DNA of 51,863 nt from Eubacteriales bacterium. Lineage in GTDB: Bacteria; Bacillota; Clostridia; Oscillospirales; CAG-272. The notes under the pieces were generated by a model that searched no databases, was not told where the DNA came from, and was given only the letters and a program-made list of their open reading frames with translations. Position 1 is the first letter of the stretch. Each line of letters starts with the position of its first letter. The position numbers and the translations under genes were made by a program. The stretch spans positions 1-51,863 of the forward strand of contig JAZNCT010000027.1 in the NCBI GenBank assembly GCA_045587665.1, written 5' to 3'. Below, in pieces: positions 37,345 to 46,911 of this stretch.

Positions 37345-39003
37345 TTATACATCTTCTTGGCTGTCTATATAGCCTATCTTTTGCAGGATTATGCCGGGTG
37401 CACCTATGAGCGATGCATTTGTCAGAACCAAAAAACCACCGATAAAGTTTGCATTGCTTTGGCAGGGAAGGTCTTTATTCATACCTGTGCCAATCCCGGA
37501 GGTGTCAAGTGCGGCTGCTCTTGATGAGGGAAGCTTATCCAGCAGCTCTGATACATAGGAAAAAGTTTTTCTGATATTCTCAAACGAAAGTGTGTCCTTA
37601 TCCTGCTCCGGAGCTATCAGCCAAAGTGTACCACTATTGCATTTTTTCTTTTTGATAGCCTTGGTAATTGCCACAGTTCTGCTTTCAGCTTCTTTTGAAT
37701 CCTCGGATATTCTGATCAGATCATCCTCATTAAACAGGCAGAGCTCTGTTTCGGCTCGGTATATGCCAAGCAGATGAGCAAGAAGAAGCGAGGGGTCCTG
37801 ATCCTTTGGACAAGTGATGTGGTGTACAAGCTTTATGTTGTTTCTGCCGCTTCCAAAGGCAACAGCAGTTGCGGCGGCTATGACAGCCTGAGCCATGCCG
37901 TTTTTATAAGGTGATGATGTGAGAGTGCTTTTTACAGATGAAACAAAAAGCTCTTTTTTATCTTTAAAAAATGGGGTGTATTCCATTGGTTTTTTATAAG
38001 ATGTCAGCTCTTCAAAACGGCAGCTTGGTTGCGCTTTTAGCATATCACTTTCTATAACTGCCGAAACAAGCCGGTTTTGACACAGTATTGTCAGATCATA
38101 AATCATAGAGGATCGAAGGGTAAGTTTGTTTATATTTCCAAAAAAAGTTAGATTTCCTTTTGTCTTTTTTCTGCCTGCAAGCTTGAAGCTTATGCCATTT
38201 TCAGCAAGGGCAGAGCAGATCTTTTGGCTGTGTCTCTCTTTGCAAAGAAGCAGGATATCTCCCCTTCCCATACACGCCGCATGTGGAAGAGAATATGGAA
38301 CGTGGATATCACAATGGCGGCCGTGTGAAAGTATTTCTTCAATTATGTTTTTACGGATAACACTTGATTTGAAACTCACCCCGTCTTCTTTAAGGTGAGA
38401 TAAGATATCTCTGAGGCTTTCGCTGTTTTCAATTTGAATATAATCGCCCTTTTCAATGTACACCTTTTCTTCAAAGGTTGTAATGTCAAAGCAAATTTGC
38501 GATTTATCTATGGAAAAGCTCTGTGTTTTGTGTGAAAAATCGGGCGGCCGCAAATCATTTTGTTTGTTCCAAAATCTAAGCCTTAGAGAACCGGGACATC
38601 TGCCCGGCATAATGGAACGTATATATCTGCCCGGGGTGGTGAGAACATCTTCGAAGGGCAGGGGACCGCTTCTGCCCGGATCGAGGGCACATAGCTTTTC
38701 ATTTAGGTCCTTTAAAGCGGCTTTGATTTCTTCATCATCAGTTTTCAGGTCAGAGAGAAGGAGCTTTTTGCTTTGCTCAGCTTCATATTTTGCATTGCTG
38801 AAAAGAATGTCAAGCATTATCATCTCTTCAACAAGGGGGTCTCTGTGCTCATATATTCGGTAGTGATTCTGTATATGGCTTATTGCAGATATCGGGAGCG
38901 AAAGGAACAGATCTGTTTTTATCATTTGCAGATAATCTGTTGGAGCATAGCAAAAGCCGTTTATAACGCCCCATTTTTTTGGGTAATCTTCAGCGGTCTT
39001 CAT
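37345..39003 (-). CDS. Hypothetical protein; highly diverged PurL (FGAM synthase)-like paralogue
   Basis: Intact 552-aa ORF with AAGGAG RBS. IQNHYRIYEHRDPLVEEMIMLD, SSPYKNG..AV and LAHLLGIYRAETEL resemble collinear segments of clostridial PurL, but the catalytic motifs are missing. Confidence 0.6.
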   Translation of the reverse strand: MKTAEDYPKKWGVINGFCYAPTDYLQMIKTDLFLSLPISAISHIQNHYRIYEHRDPLVEEMIMLDILFSNAKYEAEQSKKLLLSDLKTDDEEIKAALKDLNEKLCALDPGRSGPLPFEDVLTTPGRYIRSIMPGRCPGSLRLRFWNKQNDLRPPDFSHKTQSFSIDKSQICFDITTFEEKVYIEKGDYIQIENSESLRDILSHLKEDGVSFKSSVIRKNIIEEILSHGRHCDIHVPYSLPHAACMGRGDILLLCKERHSQKICSALAENGISFKLAGRKKTKGNLTFFGNINKLTLRSSMIYDLTILCQNRLVSAVIESDMLKAQPSCRFEELTSYKKPMEYTPFFKDKKELFVSSVKSTLTSSPYKNGMAQAVIAAATAVAFGSGRNNIKLVHHITCPKDQDPSLLLAHLLGIYRAETELCLFNEDDLIRISEDSKEAESRTVAITKAIKKKKCNSGTLWLIAPEQDKDTLSFENIRKTFSYVSELLDKLPSSRAAALDTSGIGTGMNKDLPCQSNANFIGGFLVLTNASLIGAPGIILQKIGYIDSQEDV

Positions 39004-39024
39004 TTTTTTATCAGCTCCTTTCAT

Positions 39025-40344
39025 TTATTCTTTTAGCTTTCCATGGCATTTTGTTTCGTCAGATCCCGTGATCTGAACATCTAAAAGACAGGCGTTGAGA
39101 GGCCGTTCACTTTCCACTGCAACGGGAACAAATGACGCAGTGTGACCGTAGGCTAAGCCGTTTTCATAGGTTTCAAAAAGCACCTCGGTGCTTTCGTTTT
39201 CTCTTGCAAATCGTTTCAGATTCTCTTTTGTCAGCTCTTTTCCAAGGGCGATCAGAGCCGCGCTTCTCTCCCTCTTGACGTTTTCCGGCAGCTGCATCGG
39301 CATTGATGCGGCAGGGGTACCCGAACGCTTTGAATAAGCAAAAACGTGCATATCAAGAAAGCTTGCCTGCCTTGCAAAATCAAGAGTCAACTCAAAATCC
39401 TTATCGGTCTCTCCGGGGAATCCCACTATAAAATCTGTTGTAAACATAACGCCTTCCATGCTTGCACGAAGATTTTTTATGTTCCTAAGGGCTGTTTCTC
39501 TATCGTATTTTCTGCCCATAAGCTCCAGAATTTTGTTGCTTCCGCTTTGCATGGAAAGATGAAAATGAGGAGCAAGGCATTTCACCTTGGCAATTTTTGA
39601 AACAAATTCCTTTGTCATTACCGAAGGGTGGATAGAGCCAATGCGTATTCTGCCAATGCCACTCAGCTTATCTATCTCTGTCAGAAGATCCGCAATGTCG
39701 ATTTCGCCCAAGTCTCTGCCATAGGAGGCAGTCTCTATACCTGTCAGCACGATCTCACGGCAGCCGTTTTCGCTTAGCCTTTTTACCTCGGATATAACCT
39801 TTGAAAGCGGCTTTGAACGTATAGGGCCTCTTGCATCGGGAATGGCGCAGTATGAGCAACGGTTTTCACAGCCGTCCTCTATCTTGAGATATGCACGGGT
39901 ACGTTCAAATTTATTTATCGTCATTTCTTCAAATGGGGCATTTGCAAGAGAGGGGATGTTTATTTCCGGCTCATCTCGTTTCTTTCCTTCTTCAAAGAGC
40001 TGAATAACCTTTTCAACTACGCTTGTTTTGTTTGAAGAGCCGCAAATGTAGTCCACTCCGCTGATGGCACCGGCCTGCTCGGAGCGGCTCTGCGCCATGC
40101 AGCCTGTAACAAGTATAAAGGCCTTTGGATTCAGAGAAATGGCACGGCGGATAAACTGCCTTGCTTTTCTGTCACTTTCAGCTGTAACGGTGCAGGTATT
40201 GATTATAAAAGCATCACAGCTACCCGAAGGCGGGCAAACCGAAATGCCTTTTGCTTCAAGAAGCTCTGAAATAGCCTCGCTTTCATATTGATTGACCTTG
40301 CATCCAAGGGTGTATATACAGGCGGTTTTGTTCATTTTGAGCAT
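39025..40344 (-). CDS. mtaB: tRNA t6A37 methylthiotransferase
   Basis: TLGCKVNQYE, INTCTVT and VTGCMAQ UPF0004 cysteines; radical SAM KIEDGCENRCSYC; VGFPGET; HVFAYSKRSGTPA. Confidence 0.9.
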   Translation of the reverse strand: MLKMNKTACIYTLGCKVNQYESEAISELLEAKGISVCPPSGSCDAFIINTCTVTAESDRKARQFIRRAISLNPKAFILVTGCMAQSRSEQAGAISGVDYICGSSNKTSVVEKVIQLFEEGKKRDEPEINIPSLANAPFEEMTINKFERTRAYLKIEDGCENRCSYCAIPDARGPIRSKPLSKVISEVKRLSENGCREIVLTGIETASYGRDLGEIDIADLLTEIDKLSGIGRIRIGSIHPSVMTKEFVSKIAKVKCLAPHFHLSMQSGSNKILELMGRKYDRETALRNIKNLRASMEGVMFTTDFIVGFPGETDKDFELTLDFARQASFLDMHVFAYSKRSGTPAASMPMQLPENVKRERSAALIALGKELTKENLKRFARENESTEVLFETYENGLAYGHTASFVPVAVESERPLNACLLDVQITGSDETKCHGKLKE

Positions 40345-40466
40345 CCTTTTCTCACTTGAAACAGTGTAGAGATCTTCTTTTTTTAAATTGTAACACTATG
40401 AGAGGGATAAGTAAAGCACTTTTTTGTAAATCTTTATGCTTTTTTTAAAATATTTGAGTTTTACAC

Positions 40467-40495
40467 TTGAAAAAAAACTTTTAATGGGTTATAAT
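40467..40495 (+). promoter_or_regulatory. Sigma-A promoter of the upp operon
   Basis: TTGAAA (40467-40472), 17 bp, TATAAT (40490-40495). Confidence 0.7.
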
Positions 40496-40536
40496 GAGTG
40501 AGAACACTTATCCTAATGAATAAAGGAGAAAGAAAA

Positions 40537-41166
40537 ATGAGCGAACTTCATGTTGTAGACCATCCACTTATAACTCACAAGCTTTCCATAATGCGCAATC
40601 GCAAAACCGGCTCAAAGGATTTTCGTGAGCTGCTTGACGAGATAGCGATGCTTATGGGTTATGAGATCACCCGCGACCTTCCCCTTGAGGATGTTACTAT
40701 CGAAACGCCGATCACCAAAATGACCGCAAAAATGATTTCCGGCAAAAAGCTTGCCATAGTTCCAATTCTCCGTGCAGGTCTTGGTATGGTTGACGGGCTT
40801 CTCCGTCTTGTGCCTGTGGCAAAGGTTGGGCATATAGGTCTTTACCGTGACCCCGAAACCCATTTGCCTGTTGAATATTATTGCAAGCTTCCTTATGATA
40901 TCGAAGATAGGATAACCATTCTTGTTGACCCAATGCTGGCAACAGGCGGCTCTGCTTCGGATGCGCTGACACTGCTTAAAAACAAAGGTGTTAAGAACAT
41001 TCGAATGATGTGCCTTGTTGCGGCTCCTGAGGGAGTTGCAAAGCTGCAGGAGGATCATCCTGATGTTGATATTTACACTGCGGGTCTCGACGAGAGGCTG
41101 AACGAGCACGCTTATATCGTTCCCGGACTTGGAGATGCCGGAGACAGAATTTTTGGAACAAAATGA
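40537..41166 (+). CDS. upp: Uracil phosphoribosyltransferase
   Basis: Start at the ATG at 40537 (AAAGGAG RBS). [26 protein letters not shown] and [12 protein letters not shown]. Confidence 0.97.
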   Translation: MSELHVVDHPLITHKLSIMRNRKTGSKDFRELLDEIAMLMGYEITRDLPLEDVTIETPITKMTAKMISGKKLAIVPILRAGLGMVDGLLRLVPVAKVGHIGLYRDPETHLPVEYYCKLPYDIEDRITILVDPMLATGGSASDALTLLKNKGVKNIRMMCLVAAPEGVAKLQEDHPDVDIYTAGLDERLNEHAYIVPGLGDAGDRIFGTK

Positions 41167-41212
41167 ACATTTAAGCTACCGCGCTCTGCTCGGCAACTTT
41201 ATTTGGAGGAAT

Positions 41213-42172
41213 ATGCGCAGTATAACCATTAAGAAAAACGATGCGGGTCAAAGACTTGACAAATTTCTTTCAAAGGCGATAAAGGGCTTGCCCACATCGC
41301 TTATGTATAAATATATAAGGACAAAAAAGATCAAGGTCAACAGAAAGCGCGCAGAGCAAAAATATATTCTCTCTGAGGGGGATATAATCGATCTGTTTAT
41401 AAGGGAAGAGTTTTTTGATTCTCCTGAGAGGGACGGCGGAGCTATAGAGCGCATTGAGCCAAAGATAAATGTGGTATATGAGGATGAAAATATACTGCTT
41501 GTAAGCAAGCGTCCCGGCGTTGTTGTTCACGAGGACAGCGAGGCAAAGGACAATACTCTCATTATGCACATAAAGGCTTATCTATACCGCAAGGGCGAAT
41601 ATGATCCTTCGGCTGAGCAATCCTTTGCTCCTGCTCTTTGCAATCGCATTGACCGGAACACGGGCGGCATAGTTATTGCGGCAAAGAATGCCTCTGCGCT
41701 GAGAATAATGAACGAAAAAATAAAGAATAATGAAATAAGCAAATTTTACCTTTGTGCCGTTCACGGCATTATGCCTCAAAAAGAGCAAACTCTCAGAGGA
41801 TATCTGATAAAAGACAGTGCCACAAATATGGTAAGTGTGTATGATAAAAAAACAGGCACGGCAAAGGAGATAATTACAAAATACAGAGTTGTTGCACAAA
41901 AAGGTAAAAATTCTTTGCTTGAGGTCGAGCTTGTTACGGGCAGAACACATCAGATAAGAGCGCATATGGCTCACATCGGGCATCCTCTGGTTGGCGACGG
42001 GAAATACGGTGTAAACAAGCTTGACAGGGAGAAGGGATATAAATACCAGGCTCTTTATGCCTATCGCCTGAAATTCGATTTTGATAACAGTGAGGGCGAG
42101 CTGGGATATCTCAGAGGCAAAGAAATAATGCTTGACAAAAAGGATATTTGGTTTATTGAGGATTTTATTTAA
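41213..42172 (+). CDS. RluA-family pseudouridine synthase with S4 domain (RluC-like)
   Basis: Start at the ATG at 41213 (GGAGG RBS). GQRLDKFL S4 domain, NRIDRNTGG catalytic Asp, TGRTHQIRAH and GDGKYG. Confidence 0.92.
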   Translation: MRSITIKKNDAGQRLDKFLSKAIKGLPTSLMYKYIRTKKIKVNRKRAEQKYILSEGDIIDLFIREEFFDSPERDGGAIERIEPKINVVYEDENILLVSKRPGVVVHEDSEAKDNTLIMHIKAYLYRKGEYDPSAEQSFAPALCNRIDRNTGGIVIAAKNASALRIMNEKIKNNEISKFYLCAVHGIMPQKEQTLRGYLIKDSATNMVSVYDKKTGTAKEIITKYRVVAQKGKNSLLEVELVTGRTHQIRAHMAHIGHPLVGDGKYGVNKLDREKGYKYQALYAYRLKFDFDNSEGELGYLRGKEIMLDKKDIWFIEDFI

Positions 42173-42201
42173 TTTTCTTTGAGGCATTTGGGGGTGAGAA
42201 G

Positions 42202-43758
42202 GTGAAAAGGGTAGCTTTGGCTTTTTTGTTTGGAATATTTTCTGCAATGCCAATAGTTTTTTCGAGCCTTGGACTTTTTCAGTGGGTGGTGATGATACCG
42301 TTTGCACTTTTGATGCTTTCTCAAATTGACGATGATAAGAAAGGCTTTTTTTCTTTTTACAAGCTTGGCTTTTTCTTTTTCCTTGGTTACTTTCTCCCGG
42401 GGTATTCTTGGTTTTTGGATATGTATCCGCTGTCGGTAACGGGAATTTCAAGGGCTGCGGCTCTTGGTGTTGTTCTTCTTGCCTTTCTTGGAATATCGGC
42501 TTTTCAGGCCATTGGCTGTGCGGCAGTGTTTCCTGTTTTCGCCTCTGCTTCAAGGGGCGGTATGCCAAAACCTATTTTGCCTCTTTTTATGGGAGCGCTT
42601 TGGTGTGTGATCGAATGGGCTCAGAGCTTATTTTGGTTTGGCCTCCCTTATATAAGGCTGGCACTTGGACAGGTTGAAAATCTCGCATTTTTGCAGTCTG
42701 CAAAACTTTTCGGGTCAGGTTTTACAGCCTTTCTGATAATTGCGGTGAATTTTTATGCCGCTCTTGCTATAAAAGAGGCGAAGAGAAGAAGCAAAATAGC
42801 TTTTGCTTTAACGGCTGTATTGCTCTTTTCTGTTATCGGCACATACGGCGGCTATCAGCTTGGCAATAAAGCAGCTCTCAATAAAACAGTTAAGATCGCC
42901 GCTTTGCAGGGCAATATTTCAACCGAGGAAAAATGGAGCTACAGTATGCGAGAGCAGACCTTTTCGGTTTATGAAGAACTTTGCAGAAAAGCAAGCGAGG
43001 CGGGAGCCGGATTTGCACTTTTTCCCGAGACTGTTTTTCCTTATATAATAGAACAGGACCCTCAGATAGACCACACTGTAAAGAACTGGGCAGATAAATA
43101 TAAAATCACTCTTATGATCGGCTGTTTTGGTTCTTCGGGAGAGGAAACGGAAAATATTATAAGAGTTTATCAGCCCTTATGCGAGGGAAAAAACGTATAT
43201 TCAAAGCAAAGGCCTGTGCCATTTGGCGAATATGTGCCGATGCGTGATATTATTATGAATCTGCTTCCGATTCTTGGTGAGATAAATATGCTTGACCGTT
43301 CGCTTTTGCCGGGAGAAAGCAGCTCTGTTTGGCAAAGTGAAGAGGGAAGCTTTGGACATCTTATCTGCTTTGATTCAATTTATGATACTCTTGCAAGAGA
43401 GAGTGTGAAAAACGGAGCTGAGATTTTGCTTGTTTCCACCAACGATTCGTGGTTTGGTGATTCTGTCGGTTCAAGACTTCATGCTTCGCACGCTGTTCTT
43501 CGTGCCGTTGAAAACGGAAGGAGCGTTGTGAGAGCGGCAAACACGGGCATCTCATCTATAGTTTTGCCAACCGGAAAAACTGCAGAGCACCTGCCTGCAG
43601 ATACCGAAGGATTTATTATTTCTTCTGTAGAGTTCAGAAAGGATATTACACCCTATACCCGTCTTGGAAATATTTTTGTGTATATAAGTCTTGCATTTTC
43701 TGCTTTTTGCAGTATAATGTATAAAAAAGGTTTTTTTACCAAAGGAGAAAATTTATGA
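42202..43758 (+). CDS. lnt: Apolipoprotein N-acyltransferase
   Basis: Multi-TM N half, then a CN-hydrolase domain with QGNI, FPET (Glu), YSKQRPVPFGEY (Lys), ICFDS (Cys), TNDSWFG and RAVENGR..VRAANTGIS. Confidence 0.9.
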   Translation: MKRVALAFLFGIFSAMPIVFSSLGLFQWVVMIPFALLMLSQIDDDKKGFFSFYKLGFFFFLGYFLPGYSWFLDMYPLSVTGISRAAALGVVLLAFLGISAFQAIGCAAVFPVFASASRGGMPKPILPLFMGALWCVIEWAQSLFWFGLPYIRLALGQVENLAFLQSAKLFGSGFTAFLIIAVNFYAALAIKEAKRRSKIAFALTAVLLFSVIGTYGGYQLGNKAALNKTVKIAALQGNISTEEKWSYSMREQTFSVYEELCRKASEAGAGFALFPETVFPYIIEQDPQIDHTVKNWADKYKITLMIGCFGSSGEETENIIRVYQPLCEGKNVYSKQRPVPFGEYVPMRDIIMNLLPILGEINMLDRSLLPGESSSVWQSEEGSFGHLICFDSIYDTLARESVKNGAEILLVSTNDSWFGDSVGSRLHASHAVLRAVENGRSVVRAANTGISSIVLPTGKTAEHLPADTEGFIISSVEFRKDITPYTRLGNIFVYISLAFSAFCSIMYKKGFFTKGENL

Positions 43759-44747
43759 GAACGGCTTATGAGAACAACATCCTGCTTATGCAAAAGGTGA
43801 CACCGTCTATGCCATATAGAGGCGGTCTTGATGAATGGCGCAGACCTGCAAAAGAGAAGCTGTGCGCTCTGCTTGGCATGGATAGGTTTAAAAAGGTTGA
43901 ACCTGATCTTAAAATAGAATATGAAACCGAAATTGAGGGTGCACTTGAGGTGCGTTTTACATTTCAAAGCGAAGAGGGCTACAGAGTGCCCTGTCACCTG
44001 CTTTTGCCAAACGGAATAGAAAATCCTCCGCTTATAATTACACTTCAGGGGCATTCAAAGGGAATGCACCGTTCTCTCGGACGATCAAAATATCCCGGTG
44101 AGCCGCCTGTTGAGGGGGACAGGGATTTTTGCATAAGGGCTGTTAAAGAGGGTTTTGCGGCAATAGCGCTGGAGCAGAGAAATTTTGGCGAATGCGGAGG
44201 AACTGCGGCAGGTCCTCAATGCGTTGAATCATCTCTCACTGCCATTCTTATGGGCAGGACAACTATCGGAGAGCGTGTTTGGGACGTTATGCGCCTTATA
44301 GACGTCGTTGAAGAGAGCTTTTCTGACAGAGTCGATGTAAACTGCATAAGCTGTATGGGCAACAGCGGAGGCGGAACAGCAACCGCTTATATTGCTGCTC
44401 TTGAAGACAGAATAAAGCTTGCAATGCCTTCCTGCGCAATGTGCACCTATAAGGATTCTATCGGAGCAATGCAGCACTGCGCCTGCAACTTTGTACCTCA
44501 TATCGCAGAATTTTTTGATATGGGCGATCTTATGGCGCTTGCCTGCCCCAAATTTTATATACAGGTTTCCGGAATTGAAGATAAAATATTCCCAGTTGAT
44601 CAGGCAGAAAAGGTTTTCCTTGACGGAAAGTGTGCCTATGAGGAAAAGGGAATCTCAGACCGCTGTGTTTTGATAAAGGGTAAGGGCGGTCACCGCTTCT
44701 ATGCAGACGATGCCTGGCCATATGTTCACAAATTTCTTCAGAGATAA
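43755..44747 (+). CDS. Alpha/beta hydrolase (esterase; dienelactone-hydrolase/acetyl-esterase-like)
   Basis: LQGHSKG oxyanion region, nucleophile elbow MGNSGGG, G.ED.IFP and GGHRF. Confidence 0.85.
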   Translation: MRTAYENNILLMQKVTPSMPYRGGLDEWRRPAKEKLCALLGMDRFKKVEPDLKIEYETEIEGALEVRFTFQSEEGYRVPCHLLLPNGIENPPLIITLQGHSKGMHRSLGRSKYPGEPPVEGDRDFCIRAVKEGFAAIALEQRNFGECGGTAAGPQCVESSLTAILMGRTTIGERVWDVMRLIDVVEESFSDRVDVNCISCMGNSGGGTATAYIAALEDRIKLAMPSCAMCTYKDSIGAMQHCACNFVPHIAEFFDMGDLMALACPKFYIQVSGIEDKIFPVDQAEKVFLDGKCAYEEKGISDRCVLIKGKGGHRFYADDAWPYVHKFLQR

Positions 44748-44758
44748 AGAATTGCATA

Positions 44759-44802
44759 AAAATATATCCCCAAAACCGATAAGGGTTTTGGGGATATATT
44801 TT
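44759..44802. terminator. Bidirectional terminator between the convergent hydrolase and hprK
   Basis: Perfect 19-bp inverted repeat AAAATATATCCCCAAAACC-gataag-GGTTTTGGGGATATATTTT. Confidence 0.88.
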
Positions 44803-45757
44803 AATTTGCACTTTCGGGATCAATGCCCATTTGGCTCATAAGATGCTTGTTGAATTCAAGAGCGGTATTATAGCCCATGCGTTTTTGGCGGTTGTTCATT
44901 GCCGCTATCTCAAGAATGATCGCAAGGTTTCGTCCGGGGCGGACAGGAATAGTTATCGAGGGGACCTTTATTCCCAGGATATCCATTGTTTCGCTGTCTA
45001 TACCAAGCCTGTCATACATCTTTCCCTGTATCCAAGGCTCAAGATTGATAACAAGGTCGATCTTTTCTGTATCCTTTACAGCACCTACACCGAAAAGCCT
45101 CTTTATATCAACGATTCCAATGCCTCGCAGCTCAACATAGTGCCTTATTATCTCAGGTGCGCTGCCAACAAGGGTGGTTGCCGAAACACGCTTTACTTCA
45201 ACGGCGTCGTCCGCTATCAGTCTGTGGCCTCGTTTAACCAGCTCTATTGCCGTTTCACTTTTTCCTACGCCGCTGTCGCCAAGCAGCAAAAGACCCTCGC
45301 CATAGACTTCAACAAGGACGCCGTGGCGTGTGATCCTCGGCGCCAGCTCAACGTGCAGATATGCAATTATTGCCGCAAGCAGGGCACTTGTTCTTCTTGA
45401 ACTTGAAAGAATCGGAACCTTGCATTGCTCTGCATATCTAAGAACGTCATCGAAAACAGGCAGATCCGATGAAAAAATAACCGCTACGGGCTCAAGCTTC
45501 ATAAAGTTTTTAAGGTGGATCCTTCTCTCCGATTCATTCAGCCCTTCAAGATATGAAACCTCTGCTCTTCCGAATATCTGTATTCTTGTGCGCTCATAAT
45601 TTTCAAAAAAACCTGTCAGTGCAAGGCCTGGTCTTTCTACATCGGGACTTGTGACTTCGATGTTATCTGCATTTTCAGGCAGATATACCTGGGTGAGCTG
45701 CATTTCTTTAATAATTTTGCTCAGCTTTATAGAATAAATCTCTTCCAAACTGCACAC
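44801..45757 (-). CDS. hprK: HPr(Ser) kinase/phosphorylase
   Basis: RPGLALTGFF, HGVLVEVYGEG, GDSGVGKSE, LIADDAV, ELRGIGI and PVRPGRNLA. Confidence 0.97.
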   Translation of the reverse strand: MCSLEEIYSIKLSKIIKEMQLTQVYLPENADNIEVTSPDVERPGLALTGFFENYERTRIQIFGRAEVSYLEGLNESERRIHLKNFMKLEPVAVIFSSDLPVFDDVLRYAEQCKVPILSSSRRTSALLAAIIAYLHVELAPRITRHGVLVEVYGEGLLLLGDSGVGKSETAIELVKRGHRLIADDAVEVKRVSATTLVGSAPEIIRHYVELRGIGIVDIKRLFGVGAVKDTEKIDLVINLEPWIQGKMYDRLGIDSETMDILGIKVPSITIPVRPGRNLAIILEIAAMNNRQKRMGYNTALEFNKHLMSQMGIDPESAN

Positions 45758-45901
45758 CGCCTTTCCCTATACACTATTTTATCATAATTTTATATAATTT
45801 CAAGCCATTTTTCTCGAAAATATTCAAAAAAACAGCAAAATTCATAATGAATTAACAATCTTATTATATAATATCATATATATTGTGTTTTGGAGGTCAA
45901 A

Positions 45902-46894
45902 ATGAGGCTAAGGATCTGTTTTAAAACAGCTTTTTTGTTTTTACTTATAATCTCACTTTCCGCTTGTTCCGGAATAAGACCCATAAAAGGGGATAAAAGC
46001 GATCTTAACATCGTTGCAAAGATAGGCGATGTGCCGGTGTATCTTGAAGAAGTGAAATATCTGGCTAAAAACTATAAGCAGGATATGGAAAAGAAATACG
46101 GTGAGGGGATATGGGATAATGCCGACACCGCAGAAAAATACCGCGCCGAGCTTGAAGAGAACATTCTTGGCGGCATGAAAAAATCTGCTTCTTTTGTCTC
46201 TCTTGCGCAAAAATACGGCGTTGATATAGACGATAAGGAAACAAAGGAATATGTAAACGAATATATCAATTCTCAGTTTGATGATAAGGCTGTATATACA
46301 GAACAGCTTGAAGAAAACGGCATAACAGACCACCACTGGCGATATCTGATAGCTATTGAGGCTTCAAAAGAAGAGCTGAGACAGGCCCTTTGCCGAGAGG
46401 GAGTTTTGGATGACTCTGACGAGAAGGCAAAGAGCGTTATCGAGAGCGATGAATTTATCAGAACGCTGAATGTTTATATCGGAAATGACGAGGGCGAGGA
46501 TATAGAGGCAAACAGGGCAAAGGCAGAGGAGGCTCTCGGAAAGCTTGAAGAAGGCGAAAAGCTGACGCGCGTTATAGGCAGATACAGTGATTATGACGGA
46601 ACTACCACCACCGACGGCCATTATTTTATGCGTGGAGAACACGAAAAGGCTTACGAAGAGGCTGCTTTTGCACTTGATGAAAATGAGTACAGCGGTGTTG
46701 TTGAGGGAGAAAACGGTTTTTACATAATTGCACGCTTACCGAAGGATGCCGAATATATCGAGAAGAATTTTGAAACCCTGAAGGCGCAGTATTTATATGT
46801 TGAGTTTAACGAGCTTTTGTCAAATGAGGCAGAGCAGGCAGAGCTTGAATTTACCGAATACGGAAAGACACTTGATCTTGCTGCCACCAGATAA
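45902..46894 (+). CDS. PrsA-like peptidyl-prolyl isomerase lipoprotein (parvulin domain)
   Basis: ATG at 45902 after GGAGG; lipobox LSAC; SurA-like helical region; C-terminal rotamase pattern KAYEEAAFAL..NEYSGVVEGENGFYII. Confidence 0.8.
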   Translation: MRLRICFKTAFLFLLIISLSACSGIRPIKGDKSDLNIVAKIGDVPVYLEEVKYLAKNYKQDMEKKYGEGIWDNADTAEKYRAELEENILGGMKKSASFVSLAQKYGVDIDDKETKEYVNEYINSQFDDKAVYTEQLEENGITDHHWRYLIAIEASKEELRQALCREGVLDDSDEKAKSVIESDEFIRTLNVYIGNDEGEDIEANRAKAEEALGKLEEGEKLTRVIGRYSDYDGTTTTDGHYFMRGEHEKAYEEAAFALDENEYSGVVEGENGFYIIARLPKDAEYIEKNFETLKAQYLYVEFNELLSNEAEQAELEFTEYGKTLDLAATR

Positions 46895-46911
46895 ATCTAT
46901 TTTTGGAGAAC

